From Anaeramoeba ignava BMAN (lineage: Eukaryota > Protista > Anaeramoebae): a stretch of 64,000 bases of DNA. The stretch spans positions 124,001 through 188,000 of the forward strand of contig JAPDFW010000101.1 of NCBI GenBank assembly GCA_028826165.1, in the 5' to 3' direction. The position numbers and the translations under genes are program-made. The stretch's first letter is position 1; each line of letters starts with the position of its first letter. Shown here piece after piece: positions 42,601 through 57,430 of this stretch. The notes under the pieces were generated by a model, which worked only from the letters and a program-made list of their open reading frames with translations, was not told the origin of the DNA and did no database searches.

Positions 42601-45600
42601 AAATTCGACTCAACAAGAGCAAAATTCCCTATTCAATTTGATGATCTTGATAAATTTTTCCAGGATAATCTTTCAGGAATGAATTTCTTAAAATTAACCA
42701 TCACCGGTTGGGAAGCCATTCGCAGATTATTTTTAGCTCTGAATAGAACATCAAAACGCATTTTTTTAAACGACAAAATTGATATCCGTTCTCTTACACA
42801 AAGTTCAGTGTTCAAATACTCTCTTCAATACTCTCAACTCCTTCATTTTAACGTGATTTGGGAAATTGTTCTCAAAACATCGAATATAGATGTTGCTCAA
42901 AATTGTATCGATTTCATTTGCAAACTTTATCTTTCCATTTCTCCCAAAGCAAATAACCCAACAACAACGATTTGGGAAAGTCTTATTGATGTAGTCTTGA
43001 ATTCCATTGATAAGGCAAACTTTAACTTATCCAGAATTGATATGATCAATGGAGATGAAAAGGAACGTAAAGCAGGAAATGTTTTCCTTCTTCAAATCCA
43101 AAGATGCGCTTTAATGCTCGACAATTTTGTTGAGTTATATGTTTCAAAATACCAAACAAGAACAACTGATCCCAATTCTATTGCTTCCCATCGAAAAAAA
43201 ATGGGGTTTCATCAAGTCAATCTCGATATCAAAGTTGATAGGGATCAATCTCGTAATTTCAGAATTTCTCTTCATGATTCAACAACCATTTCAGAACTCA
43301 AACAAGGTATTGCAAACCATTTGAATCTGAAACTGACTGATTTCAGAATTCATTTCCATCAAAACGAACTCCATTATGCCTATGAAAAAAAGACTTTGAG
43401 AAATTTAGGAATAACTGGCTCTTCTTTGTTTATTCTTGTTCAATTATTAAATTATTCAGAAAATTATTCAGAACAAAATTATCAAACAATAAATCAAAAC
43501 CAAAATCAAAATCAAAATGAATTTGAAAATGAAAATGAATTCGAAAATGAAAACAAAAAAAGCAAAAACAAAAATTCTCCAAAAAAAGAAATTAAATCTT
43601 CAAATAAAAAAAACCTAAAAAATACAGCAGAAGAAGAACAAAACTCAATTTATCAAAATGAAAGTGATCCTGTTCATCCAAAAAGATTTCCAATAAGAGT
43701 TCTTTCCAAAGAGAAAAATTTCCACACTCTTTTTGATTTATTAAATCTTCCAGCAAAAATTTCAGAATCTTTATGGAATTTAATTATCAAACTTCCAACA
43801 AATGCAAAAATATTCCTGAAATTTAACAAAATTTCTTCAGAAATTCAAGATGAATATTTATTTTTCCAAGAAGAAAAGACATATCAATTATTGAAAACAG
43901 AACATGTATCTGCAAAGGCAAAAGAACTATTCAAAGTTATCCATTTAGATTGGGATGAAGTTTTAAATCCGAAAAAAGGATGGTTCAGTTTCTATTATTC
44001 TTTGCAAATTATAGAAGCATTAATGGTTCGTGGAATAAAAACACAACAACAAAACGCAGGTTTTTTCAATGAGAAAAACATCAAGAACGATGAATTTTGC
44101 ACAAAATTCATTTCCAAAAGAGGGCATGTTCAATTACTTTCTGCTTTTATTACGTTTTGTAATGATATTGCGAATGTCCAAGAACAAAGTGATTCTCAAT
44201 CCTTTATCGAGAACCATCTTTATATTTTCCCGATCATAACAGTTTTATTGAATGTTCTTGAGTTTACTTCATCAGGAGATTACTTTGATTTCAAATCAAT
44301 CCCAGAAATGCATCTTAATGAAGAAGTATTTGCGCAAATGATGTTGAATGATAAACAGCTTCCAAAGGAAATTCTTGTTGCCATTCATAAATTATTGAGT
44401 TCATTGCCTCAAATCTCAATTTGGGAAAAAATACCTTTTGAATCAGTTGATGATATTAATTATGTTTGTAATGGTGCATGTGGATTATATATTCTTTTGA
44501 TAACCCGTTTTCCTGATTTGTTTGAATATTCAATGTCCCAAATTCCTTCATTCCAAAAATGGATTATGCAAATTTTATTAGCGCAAAAAAATCCACTTAT
44601 TAGACGTTCAATCATAAATTTCCTTTTCATTCTCGCAACCAAAACAAATCTAGATTCAAGAAATATTCGTTCTTTACTTCGAGAGAGTGAGCAAAATTCA
44701 CAAGTTGAATTGAAATCAAAGAATATTGTTTGTTATGGAAAGAATATTCCAATGAAGTTCATTTTCCATCACACAGCTGGTTTACTTTCTCAAATTCATC
44801 AATTTGAAATTACTTGTGAAGAATATTTCTCAATGATTGTTCGTTTTATTGAATATATTCAAAAAAATCCTCATCAAAATTTCGAGAAAGAAGATGAAAA
44901 TGATTCAAAAAAGAAAAACAAAAATAAAAAGGAAAATAAAAACAAAAAGGAAAATAAACAGGAAATGAATATATTTATTAATTATGAAATTGAGGAAGAA
45001 TCACAAAACCAAAAAGATTCAGTGAATCAAATTCCTTCGATTGATTTGAACCAAATTTTAGAGGATTATGATCCTCAACTAATTGATTTTCTTGTGAATC
45101 GAGTGAAAGAAAAACAAGTCATCGAAACGAAGAAAATTCAAGACAATATTCTATATGGATTTCTTCAATTAATAAAGCAAATTTTGCAGAGTTATCCTGA
45201 AGAAAAACAAACACGAATTGGAATTCAGCTTGGATTTATTGATGAACTATTAAATACTTGTCTTTTTTCCTTTTTTTCCAACAAGAAACCGAAATGCAAA
45301 CATCCTTTAACAAGAACTTTAGCAATGGATTTGATTGCTTGTCTTATCAACAATAATCCACAAAACACTCAATTTTTATTTAAATTTCTTACATTACAAG
45401 CTAAGCATATCCAGCCAACAAAAGATTGGATTTATGGATTTAAATCTGACAATGAGGAAGAGTTCCAAAGTAAATATGTTGGATTGAAAAATCAAGGAGC
45501 AACATGTTATATGAATTCAATTTTGCAACAACTGTTTTTTACTCCAGAATTTCGCAGATATTTTCTTGATGTTCGCAAAAAACATCCTTTATTTTCAAGT

Positions 45601-48600
45601 TTTGCTAAAGACGATAAACTTCAATCAACTTTTAGCTCCAAAAAGGATCTTATGAAAAAAAATGAATTACCCAAAATTGAAAATGATTCTTCAATAAAAA
45701 AACCAACAAAAGAAGAAGAGCTTAAAGAAGCAAATGAAGTTTTTGTTAATTTGCAAACTATATTTGCTTTTCTTCAAGAATCAGAATCAATATATTATGA
45801 TCCAATGCATTTCTGCAAAGTTTTCAAAGATCCAACAACAAAAAAACCCATAAATGTTCATCAACAACAAGATGCAAATGAATTTTTAAATGTTTTACTT
45901 GAAAAAATTGAGAAAAGTTTAGCAAATACAAACAAACGTTATTTATTGAATCAAGTTTTTGGAGGAGAATTAATTCATCAAGTTATTTGTAATAATCATT
46001 TTCATTCGTCACAAAGAATTGAACCCTTTTTCACAATTGATGTACAAGTAAAAAATCAGAGGAAATTGGAGGATTCTTTAAATACTTTTGTTCAAAATGA
46101 TTTATTAAATGGAGATAATCAATATTTTTGTTCTGCATGCAATGAAAAAACAGATGCTTTAAAAAATTGTTGTATCAAAAAGTTACCAAATATATTGATA
46201 ATTCATCTTAAAAGATTTGAGTTTGATTTTGAAAGGATGGAAAATATAAAAGTTGATACACGTTTTGAATTTCCAAAAGAATTAAATATGAAGCCTTATA
46301 CATTAGAAGCATTAAATTTACATTTAAATGAAAATGAGAAACAAAATGAAAAACAAAATCAAAATGAAAAACAAAATCAAAATCAAAATGAAAAACAAAA
46401 ACAAAATCAAAATGAAAATGAAAAACAAAATCAAAATCAAAATCAAAATCAAAATCAAAATGAAAATGAAAATGAAAAACAAAAACAAAATCAAAATCAA
46501 AATGAAAGTGAAAGTGATTTATTTAAATCTGACTCAAGTTTATTTCAAAGTAATTTAATCGAAAATGAAAATGAAAATGAAAATGAAAATGAAAATGAAA
46601 ATAATGATGATGAAATTAAAAATCAGTTTGAAGAAACTGTAGAAAATGATATGATAAACAATATCTTTGATCAATCAAATGAAAATGAAAAAGAAAATGA
46701 AAAAGAAAATGAAAAAGAAAATGAAAAAGAAAATGAAAAGAAAAATGAAAATGAAAATGAAAATGAAAATCAAAATCAAAATCAAAATGAAAAAGAAAAT
46801 GAAAATGAAAAAGAAAATGAAAATCAAAATCAAAATCAAAATCAAAATCAAAATCAAAATCAAAATGAAAAATCTAAAGAATATTACGAATATGAATTGG
46901 TTGGTGTTGTTGTTCATTCAGGTTCTTCAAATTATGGACATTATTATTCTTATATTGATGTTGCACCAAGTGAAGAAACATTTTTAATAGAAAATGAAAA
47001 TGATAATGAAATTGAAATTGAAAATCAAATTGAAAATCAAAATCAAAATCAAAATTTGAAAAAAAAACAAGAGCAAAATATTAATATTGAAAAAGATGAA
47101 AGTGTTGGAAATGATTTATTTAATTTATTAAAAAGTGAACCAGAAACAACAACTAAATCACATGATTTATTTGAAAATTCACAAAATTTAGAAGCAAATC
47201 AAAAATTCAAACAAAATCCAAAAAAAGCAAATTGGAAAGAATTTAATGATACAAGAGTATCTGATTTCAATTTAAAAAATTTAGAGAAGGAAACATTTGG
47301 AGATTGGGAAGATAATAGTAGAAATCAAATACGCCATCGAAGATTCAATGCTTATATGCTATTTTATCGAAGAAAAAAAATACAAATTGAGTTTAAAGAA
47401 GAAGAAAAATCAGAAGAAAAATCAGAAGAAAATTTAAAAGATATTCAAGATGTAATTGAACAAATCCAAGTCAAAAATAATTTCCAAAAATTAGAGGAAG
47501 ATGTTTACGATTATACATATGCAAATTTTATATGGAAAATGATTGAACAAGATCATTCATGGATGTCAAGAATGGATTCTTTTGAAAATTCAATGCAAAC
47601 AAAACCAGAACAATTAACTTTAGTTAAGTTTTCAACAATATTTTGTTTGAATGTAATTTCTCGAGCTCATGATGCAGCTAAATTTACAGAATGGACAAAA
47701 CAATTAGAAGTTATTTATCATAATTGGGAAATTGCGAGTAAATGGTTTATTTATAAAATTCTTACTTCAAAATGGTGGAAAAGTTTCTTAATTGAATGTC
47801 CTTTTTCTCAAATGAAAGATTCTTTTGTTAATTTACTTCTTGAAGTTTTTAAATCTGTTCATCATTCGGATAAAAATATTTATAATGATTTTATTTCTTT
47901 ATCTGAATTCCAAAGTGATTTGAAAAGTTTTGGTGAAAATGAAGAAATTTTGAATAAAGATTTTGATTCAAATGAATTGATTGCAAAATCGATTTTGATT
48001 CAACTTATAAACAAAATGATAGGAAATGTAAGCAAATTTAAATTAAAAATTAAAAATTTGAATTAAAAATTAAAAAAATTAATTTGATTTGAATTGATTT
48101 TAATTGATTTGAATTGATTGTTTTTTTTTTAGGTTCAAAAATATATTAAAGTTGGAATACTTCCTCATCATTATTTACAAGTAATTGAAAATTTTGCTTC
48201 ACTTGGAAAAGAAGAAATTATTTATCTTTTTTCAGAAAAAACACTAGAAATATTATTTCAATTATTTAATACAAAATGTATGAATGTTCTTTATGAACAA
48301 AGAATGCTTGATCATCAAAAGAAAGGATTTTCAATTGAATCGAATAAATATGAAACAGTTGAATCAGTAAAACCAATTCATTTTAAATCAATAGTTGAAA
48401 TTGTGAGATTAATTATTAGTGGAATTATTTTAAATCAAAATGAAAATCAAAATCAAATTGAAAATGAAAATGAAAATCAAAATCAAAATCAAAATCAAAA
48501 TCAAATTACACTCCAATTTTTCAAAAAATATAAGGATTTCTTTATTAATATTATTAACCAAAATGTTAATAATAATTCAATTATTCGTTTGATTCATTCT

Positions 48601-48951
48601 CTAAATTCAACTAATCAAGAAATAACTGAATTTTTTGAAGAAATTTGTTTTAATGAATTACATTCAAAACGATTAAGTGATATTAATATTGAATCTTTTA
48701 CTGATATTCTTTTTGGAATTTTAAGAATTGAAGAGGATGATAATTTAAAACAAACTCAAAAAATTATGAATAAATTAGCTCAAACAGTTATAGATATAAC
48801 TTATAATCAAGGTTATGCAAAAATTTTATTTAAAAAAATTATTAATGAAGCTAAAACTCATCCAAATGCAAAGAAATATATTTTGCAAAACCCTGATTTA
48901 TGGTCTTCAATTGGAAGTCAACTTGGAGCAAATTTAAAATTAAGGAAATAA
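39687..48951 (+). CDS. Large ubiquitin carboxyl-terminal hydrolase (USP9/24/34-like); exons ~39687-39849, 39928-40072, 40163-40565, 40653-40793, 40867-48027, 48133-48951
   Basis: Cys box VGLKNQGATCYMNSILQQL; QQQDANEF; NQYFCSAC; LIIHLKRFEFD; His box YELVGVVVHSGSSNYGHYYSYI; WKEFNDTRV; NAYMLFY; long helical N-terminus with a ubiquitin-like insert and the PKCKHPLTR motif. Confidence 0.9.
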
Positions 48952-48992
48952 TTTTTTAATTTAAATTTTTTAATTTTAATTTTAAATTGATT

Positions 48993-50413
48993 TTAATTTA
49001 ATTTTTTTTCAAAATGTTTTGCTGATCTTTGACAACAAATTACAAGTTCATTTCCATCTAAAGAAAAAGCAGAAGAAACAAAATTATCTGAAAATTTCTT
49101 TTCTAAAAAAATATCAAATTTTTTCTTAATAAAAATTTCTAATTTCATTTTGTTTAAACTTTCATTTTTTTGAAAGTGAAATTTTTGATTTGATTCTGAA
49201 AGTTTTTTTTCTTTTTGAAAAATAAGTTCAAAAATAGTAACAATAAAAGGAGAAGTTTGAATAGAAAGGAATTTATGATCAAAACTTAATCCAATTGTTT
49301 TTAAACAATCAAAATCACTTTTTTCTTCTTGATAAATTTTTTGTTTGAATTTTAATTGCTTTTTAAAAACGTCCCAAATATAAATTGAATCAAAAGATGA
49401 AAATAGAACCAAATTCTTTTGAATCCAATGAAGGTTTTCTTTGAAAAATTTGATTAAAAAATTAATTTGTAAAAAATTGTTGTTGAATTTGTTTTTGTTT
49501 TGATAAAAAATATAGAATGAAAAAGTAATAGAAATGAGTAAGTAAATAATAAGGAAAAAATAAGATTATATAAAGATGTGTTTAAATTACGAATAGGATT
49601 TTCTAATTGTAATTGAATTTCAGGCGAAATTTTAGAATCAGAAGAAAAAGTAAAAAAATCTGTATTCCAAAGAATTAATTGTCCATAAGAATCGCCAGTA
49701 ACAAAATAGGATTTTGATATAATATTTTCTGTATCTGAAGATTTTGGATTATTTAAAGAAACTTTATCTTTGTTTAATTTAGGATTATTGTATTCAATCC
49801 AACAAATTGAAGTGAAAAAAATATTTTGAGACAAAAATTTATGTTTTAATTGATCATCAAGTTTATCAAGATCTAAATAATAACTGAGCTGCATTGAACA
49901 TAGATCCCACAAGCAGATTACGCCCTCTTTAGAACAAGAGAGCAAAGTGTCTTTAGCTTTTAATTTTTTGTTATTTTTGAATTGTATTTCTATATTTGAA
50001 TTCCAGTAGATAATTGAAGTTATTTCTTCTTTATGTCTTGAAAGTACATTTATAACCTTTTTCTCTGTTATGCTAACAATCTGTATATTTGGCTCTTCAC
50101 CCCCTAATGCTATCAGGATATCTTGATATTTTGATAGACTTTCATTTGAACTTGGACAAATGAAAATTCCTTTTGTTAAATTTTTGCCAAGAGAAAAAGG
50201 TAAGTTTTCGTAATTTCGAAATCGTGAAAAAAGTGTGAAGTTCTCGTTCTCTTTGTTTGTATAGAATAAAAGTGATTGTGTTGATCCTGTTATTAAAAAA
50301 AGATGTGCTCCAAATTCAGATATTTGATTAAAACAAATGGAAATTTTTGGACTTGAATTTTTATGAATTATTTTGTGTTTTTCTTGGAAAATTATTTCTT
50401 TATTATTTTCCAT
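48993..50413 (-). CDS. WD40-repeat protein (weakly EED/LRWD1-like); exons 50413-49591 and 49438-48993
   Basis: IALGGEEPNIQIV...VLSRHKEEITSI...LLSCSKEGVICLWDL; FVTGDSYGQLILWN; SIYIWDV; GT..AAG intron 49590-49439 keeps the frame. Confidence 0.75.
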
Positions 50414-50449
50414 TCTTTTTAATTCTGAATTATAAATTTAAAAGAAAAT

Positions 50450-52320
50450 TAAAAATGTGTAAATAAAAAAATGAAAATATAAAATATTTTAAAAATGAAA
50501 TTAAAATAATTAAAATATAAATTAATAATAAAATATCAATAATTTATTTATTTATATAAATATCTAAACATTTCATAAGTAATATATAAATCAAAATAAT
50601 ATTTAAATAATTAAATAATTAAATAATAAAAATGTAAAATATTTTAATAAAGAAATAAAAATAATTTAAATATAAATTAATAATAAAATATCAATATTTT
50701 ATTTATTTATATAAATATCTAAACATTTAATAAGTAATATATAAATCAAAATATATTTAAATAATTAAATAATTAAATAATAAAAATATAAAATATTTTA
50801 ATAAAAGAAATTAAAATAATTAAAATATAAATTAATAATAAAATATCAATAATTTATTTATTTATATAAATATCTAAACATTTAATAAGTAATATATAAA
50901 TCAAAACATATTTAAATAATTAAATAATTAAATAATAAAATGTAAAATATTTTAATAAAGAAATTAAAATAATTTAAATAGAAATTAATAATAAAATATC
51001 AATAATTTATTTATTTATATAAATATCTAAACATTTAATAATTAAATAATTAAATAATAAAAATGTAAAATATTTTAAAAATGAAATTAAAATAATTTAA
51101 ATATAAATTAATAATAAAATATCAATATTTTATTTATTTATATAAATATCTAAACATTTAATAAGTAATATATAAATCAAAACATACTTAAATAATTAAA
51201 TAATTAAAAAATAAAAATGTAAAATATTTAAATAAAGAAATTATAAATTAAAATAGAAATTAATAATAAAATATCAATATTTTATTTATTTATATAAATA
51301 TCTAAACATTTAATAAGTAATATATAAATCAAAACATATTTAAATAATTAAATAATTAAAAATAAAAATGTAAAATATTTTAATAAAGAAATTAAAATAA
51401 TTAAAATATAAATTAATAATAAAATATCAATATTTTATTTATTTATATAAATATCTAAACATTTAATAAGTAATATATAAATCAAAAACATATTTAAATA
51501 ATTAAATAATTAAAAATAAAAATGTAAAATATTTTAATAAAGAAATTAAAATAATTAAAATAGAAATTAATAATAAAATATCAATAATTTATTTATTTAT
51601 AAATATCTAAAACATTTCATAAAATAATTTAAAATAATTAAATAAATAAAAAAATATAAAATATTTTATTTAAGAAATTAAAATAATTAAAATATAAAAT
51701 AATATTTTATTTATTTATATAAATATCTAAACATTTAATAAGTAATATATAAATCAAAGTATATTTAATTATTTAAATAATTAAATAATAAAAATGTAAA
51801 ATATTTTAATAAAGAAATTAAAATAATTAAAATATAAATTAATAATAAAATATCAATAATTTTATTTATTTATATAAATATCTAAACATTTAATAAGTAA
51901 TATATAAATCAAAATATATTTAAATATTTAAATAATTAAATAATAAAAATGTAAAATATTTTTAAAAAATTTTAAAATAAAAAGAAAATTAAAAATAAAA
52001 AAATTAATAAGTAATATAAAATATCAATATTTTATTTATTTATATAAATATCTAAACATCAATAATTTATTTATTTATAGTAATATATAAATCAAATATT
52101 TAATTATTTTTAAATAATTAAATAGTAAAATGTAAAATATTTTAATAAAGAAATTAAAATAATTAAAATATAAATTAATAATAAAAATATAAAATAATTT
52201 TAATAAAGAAATAAAAATATATAAATATCTAAAATTTAATAATAAAATATCAATATTTTATTTATTTATATAAATATCTAAACATTTAATAAGTAATATA
52301 TAAATCAAAATATATTAATT
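50450..52320. repeat. About 12 copies of a ~153-bp AT-rich tandem unit between divergent genes
   Basis: TATCTAAA marker at 50561, 50716, 50871, 51024, 51147, 51299, 51452, 51604, 51724, 51879 and 52049. Confidence 0.92.
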
Positions 52321-52430
52321 TTGGAATAAGAATTTTTTTAAAAAAATTTAAAAATCATTTTTTTTTCATTAATTTTTTTTCAAAAAGAAAAAGAAAAATA
52401 AACAGAAAAAAACAAAGAAAAATAAATAAA

Positions 52431-55400
52431 ATGGAAGAAAAAAAGAATAAAATTGGAGGATGGTTTAAAATACATCAATTAGTAAAAGAAGGAAATTTAG
52501 AAGAATTAAAAGAAGAATTAAAAAAACCAGAAACTAACGTTAATGCACAGAAAGCTGATGGATGGACTCCTTCTCATTTAGCCGCTTTAAATGACCGTTT
52601 AGATTGTCTTGTTGAGCTTGTTCGTTATGGCGCTAATCTTCATATTCAAGATAAAATTGGAAAAACTCCTTATTCTCTTGCTCTTTCTCAAAATAATTTT
52701 TGTTTAAAATTTATTCTTGTAAATTTTGCCTTTTTTCTTTTTGGAAAAAAAAATTTTTTTATATCAAACTTATTCAATTAAATTTATTTCGAACTTATTC
52801 AATTAAATTAATAATTAAATTTATATTAAAATTTATATTAAAATTTATAATTAAATTTATAATAAAATTTATATTAATATTTATTTCAAAATTTATTTCA
52901 AAATTTATTTCAATATTTATTTCAATATTTATATTAAAATTTATATTAAAATTTATTTTAAAATTTATTTTAAAATTTATTTCAAAATTTATATCAAAAT
53001 TTATATTAAAATTTATATTAATATTTATTTTAAAATTTATATTAAAATTTATATTAAAATTTATTTCAAAATTTATTTAATATTTATTTCAATATATCAA
53101 TATTTATTTTAAAATTTATTTCAAAATTTATTTCAAAATTTATTTTAAAATTTATATTAATATTTATATTAAAATTTATATTTCAATATTTATTTAATAT
53201 TTATTTTCAATATTTATTTCAAAATTTATATTAAAATTTATTTCAAAATTTATTTCAATATTTATATTAAAATTTATTTCAATATTTATTCAAAATTTAT
53301 TTCAATATTTATTTCAAAATTTATTTCAAAATTTATATTAAAATTTATTTCAATATTTATTCCAATATTTATTTCAAAATTTATATTAAAATTTATTTCA
53401 AAATTTATTTCAATATTTATTTCAATATTTATTTCAATATTTATTTCAAAATTTATTTTAATATTTATTTTAATATTATATTAAAATTTATTTTAAAATT
53501 TATTTCAATATTTTATTAATATTTATTTTAAAATTTATTTCAATATTTATTTCAATATTTATTTATTTAATATTTATTTCAATATTTATTTCAATATTTA
53601 TTTCAATATTTATATTAAAAATTTATTTCAAAATTTATTTCAATATTTATATTAAAATTTATTTCAATATTTATATTAAAATTTATTTTCAAAATTTATT
53701 TCAATATTTATATTAAAATTTATTTCCAAAATTTATTTCAAAATTTATATTAAAATTTATATTAATATTTATTTCAATATTTATATCAAAATTTATATTA
53801 AAATTTATTTCAAAATTTATATTAATATTTATTTCAAAATTTAATTAATATTTATTTCAATATTTATATCAAAATTTATATCAAAAATTTATATTAAAAT
53901 TTATATTAATATTTATTTCAATATTTTATTAAAATTTATTTCAAAATTTATTTAAAATTTATATTAAAATTTATTTCAAAATTTATTTCAATATTTATAT
54001 TAATATTTATTTCAAAATTTATTTCAAAATTTATATTAAAATTTATTTCAAAATTTATATTAAAATTTATATTAAAAATTTATATCAATATTTATATTTA
54101 AATTTATTTCAAAATTTATTTCAAAATTTATTTCAATATTTATATCAATATTTATTTCAAAATTTATTTCAATATTTATTTCAAAATTTATTTTAAAATT
54201 TATTTTAAAATTTATTTCAATATTTATATTAAAAATTAAAATTTATATCAAAATTTATATTAAAATTTATTTCAATATTTATATAAAATTTATTTCAATA
54301 TTTTATTAAAATTTATTTTCAAAATTTATTTCAATATTTATTTCAATATTTATTTCAATATTTATTTCAATATTTATATTAAAATTTATTTCAATATTTA
54401 TTTCAAAATTTATATTAATATTTATTTCAATATTTATTTCAAAATTTATTTCAATATTTATATTAAAATTTATTTCAAAATTATATTAAAATTATAATTT
54501 ATATTAAAATTTATATCAATATTTATATTAAAATTTATATTAAAATTTATATTAAAATTTATTTCAATTTATTTATTTCAAAATTTATATTAAAATTTAT
54601 TTCAATATTTATTTCAAAATTTATATTAAAATTTATATTAAAATTTATTTCAATATTTATTTCAATATTTATAATCAATATTTATATCAATATTTATTTC
54701 AAAATTTATTTCAATATTTATATCAAAATTTATATTAAAATTTATATTAAAATTAATATTAAAATTTATTTCAATATTTATTTCAATATTTATTTCAATA
54801 TTTATTTCAATATTTATATCAATATTTATATTAAAATTTATATTAAAATTTATATTAAAATTTATATTAAAATTTATATTAAAATTTATATTAAAATTTA
54901 TATCAAAATTTATATTAATATTTATAATAAAATTTATAATCAAAATTGATATTAAAAATTTATTTCAATATTTATATTAATATTTATATTAAAATTTATA
55001 TTAAAATTTATTTCAATATTTATTTCAATATTTATTTTAAAATTTTTATTAAACTTATTTCAATATTTATTTTAATATTTATTTCAAAATTTATATTAAT
55101 ATTTATTTCAAAATTTATATCAAAATTTATTTCAAAATTTATATTAAAATTTATATCAAAATTTATATCAATATTTATATCAAAAATTTATATCAATATT
55201 TATTTCAAAATTTATTTCAATATTATTTCAAAATTTATTTCAATATTTATTTCAATATTTATTTCAAATTTATATTAAAATTTATATTAATATTTATATT
55301 AAAATTTATATTAAAATTTATATCAATATTTATATTAAAATTTATATCAAAATTTATATTAAAATTTATATTAAAATTTATATTAAAATTTATATTAATA

Positions 55401-57323
55401 TTTATATCAATATTTATTTCAAAATTTATTTCAAAATTTATTTCAATATTTATTTCAATATTTATTTCAAAATTTATATCAAAATTTATATTAAAATTTA
55501 TATCAAAATTTATATTAAAATTTATATTAATATTTATTTCAATATTTATTTCAATATTTATTTCAATATTTATTTCAAAATTTATATCAATATTTATATC
55601 AAAATTTATTTCAATATTTATATTAAAATTTATATTAAAATTTAAATCAAAATTTATATCAAAATATTTAAAATAGGAAAATATGACACTCTCAGAAACA
55701 TTTGAAAAAATTAAATCAGGAGAAGAAATTGAAATGACAAAAGAAGAATTAGAAGAAAGAGATCAAGAAGGAGCTAGTATTTTACACATGGCATGTATTT
55801 TTGGAAGATACGAATTAATAGGGAAATTAATAGGAAAAGGAATACAAGTAAATGATCGTGACAAGCATGAAAATACAGGGATACATCATAGCTGTGTATA
55901 TGGATATCGGGAAATAGTATCTTTATTAGCTGGCGTTGGAGGAGAAATTGATGCAATAAATAGCAAAAACATGACACCTTTACTTTTAAGTTGCCGATTT
56001 GGATTTGCTGATGTTGTCAAGTTATTGATTCAAAAAGGAGCAGATTTGAAAAAAACAAGCAAAAATTTGACAAATGCAATTCATTATTCATGTTTCAACG
56101 GAAACGAAAATTGTGCACAAATTCTTTTGCAAACAAAAACAGCCGTTGAAATGATTAATTCGCAAAGAGTTGATGGTAAAACACCTGCTCATTTGGCTGC
56201 TCAACATGGACATCTCAAATCACTGCAAATACTCTGTTCATTCGGTGCAGATCTATCAATTGAGGATAAAAATTCTGATACTCCGTTTACTTTGGCAGCT
56301 TTAAACAAACAAAAAGAGATTATTAAATGGATATTGCGAACGAGAGAATCTGTCTATCAAAGTCAATCTAAACAGTCTCTAATTCATTTGTTTGTTAATT
56401 CGAATGACTTTGACATGCTCAAACTTCTTCTTTCAAGTTCCCGTTTTGATGTCAATGTCAAAGATAAAGATGGAAATTCACCAGCTCATTTGGCTTGTAA
56501 AAATTCTGCTTATGAATCTCTTGTTTTATTGTTAAAATTTGGTTGTGATATTCATACTAAAAATAATGAAAATAAATTTCCAAAAGATTTGTGCACTGAT
56601 TTTAAATGTTCTGATTTGATTTCTGTAAATTTAATTTAATTCAATTTAATTTAATTTTGAAAATTTCATGTTAAAAAATTTTTATTTTCATTTTGAAAAA
56701 TTTCTTCAAACAAGAAAGCAGAAAATCATAAACTTTTCCCTTCTAGAGTTCAACAATTCGAATGCACTTCTCGAAAATCAACAGCATTAACATTAGTTTG
56801 GTCACAACCACGTTCACTTGAAAAAATATCATCTTATTTAATTGAATTAAAATCAGAAAATGGTCCAATTATATCCAAACTTCTGAAATCAAAAACACAT
56901 GATATCACTGTGAGAAGACTTCTTCCCAACACATTGTATTCATTCAAAATTCGAGCTCAAAATGAATTTGGAATGGGTGAATGGTCGAAAAAACTATTAT
57001 CATGTCAAACAGGTTCACCAACAGTTCCTGATACAATTGTTGAGATTTTTCTCAAATCAAGAAATGAAGACTCTCTTATTATCACTTGGACTCCTCCTGA
57101 AGATAATGGAGACCAAATTACAGAATATGAATTTGAAATTACAAATGTTTCTAAAGGCTCTTCTAATATTCATAAATCAAATAGTTCATTACCTCAATTT
57201 TGTTTTCAAAATTTAAATCCTGATACTGAATATCTTATTAGAGTTCGTTCAAAAAATGCAATTGGTTGGAGTCAATGGTGTATGGAAGAATCTTTTAGAA
57301 CAAAACTTCCTTCAAAAAATTGA
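52431..57323 (+). CDS. Ankyrin-repeat plus two fibronectin type III domains; exons 52431-52718, 55677-56624, 56715-57323
   Basis: Ankyrin motifs ([33 protein letters not shown]); FN3 motifs ([23 protein letters not shown]; [14 protein letters not shown]...[20 protein letters not shown]); two GT..AG introns. Confidence 0.88.
52719..55676 (+). repeat. 2958-nt intron filled with a 12-bp satellite (AAAATTTATATT / CAATATTTATTT variants)
   Basis: GTAAAT donor and AATAG acceptor; phase 0 joining gives KFIL|ENMTLSE. Confidence 0.88.
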
Positions 57324-57430
57324 ATTTTGTGGAATTTGATTTTTTTTTTAAATAAACAAATTGAAATTATTTCTTTCTTGTTAAAGTTGTTTTTTTATTA
57401 TTATTTTTTTTTTTTTAAAAAATTAAAAAG

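Noticed and set aside
39687-48951. Additional inteins in the USP, NVL, actin or other genes
   Set aside because: Their insertions are low-complexity Q/N/E tracts or GT-AG introns; no C...HN[CST] pair was found by eye.
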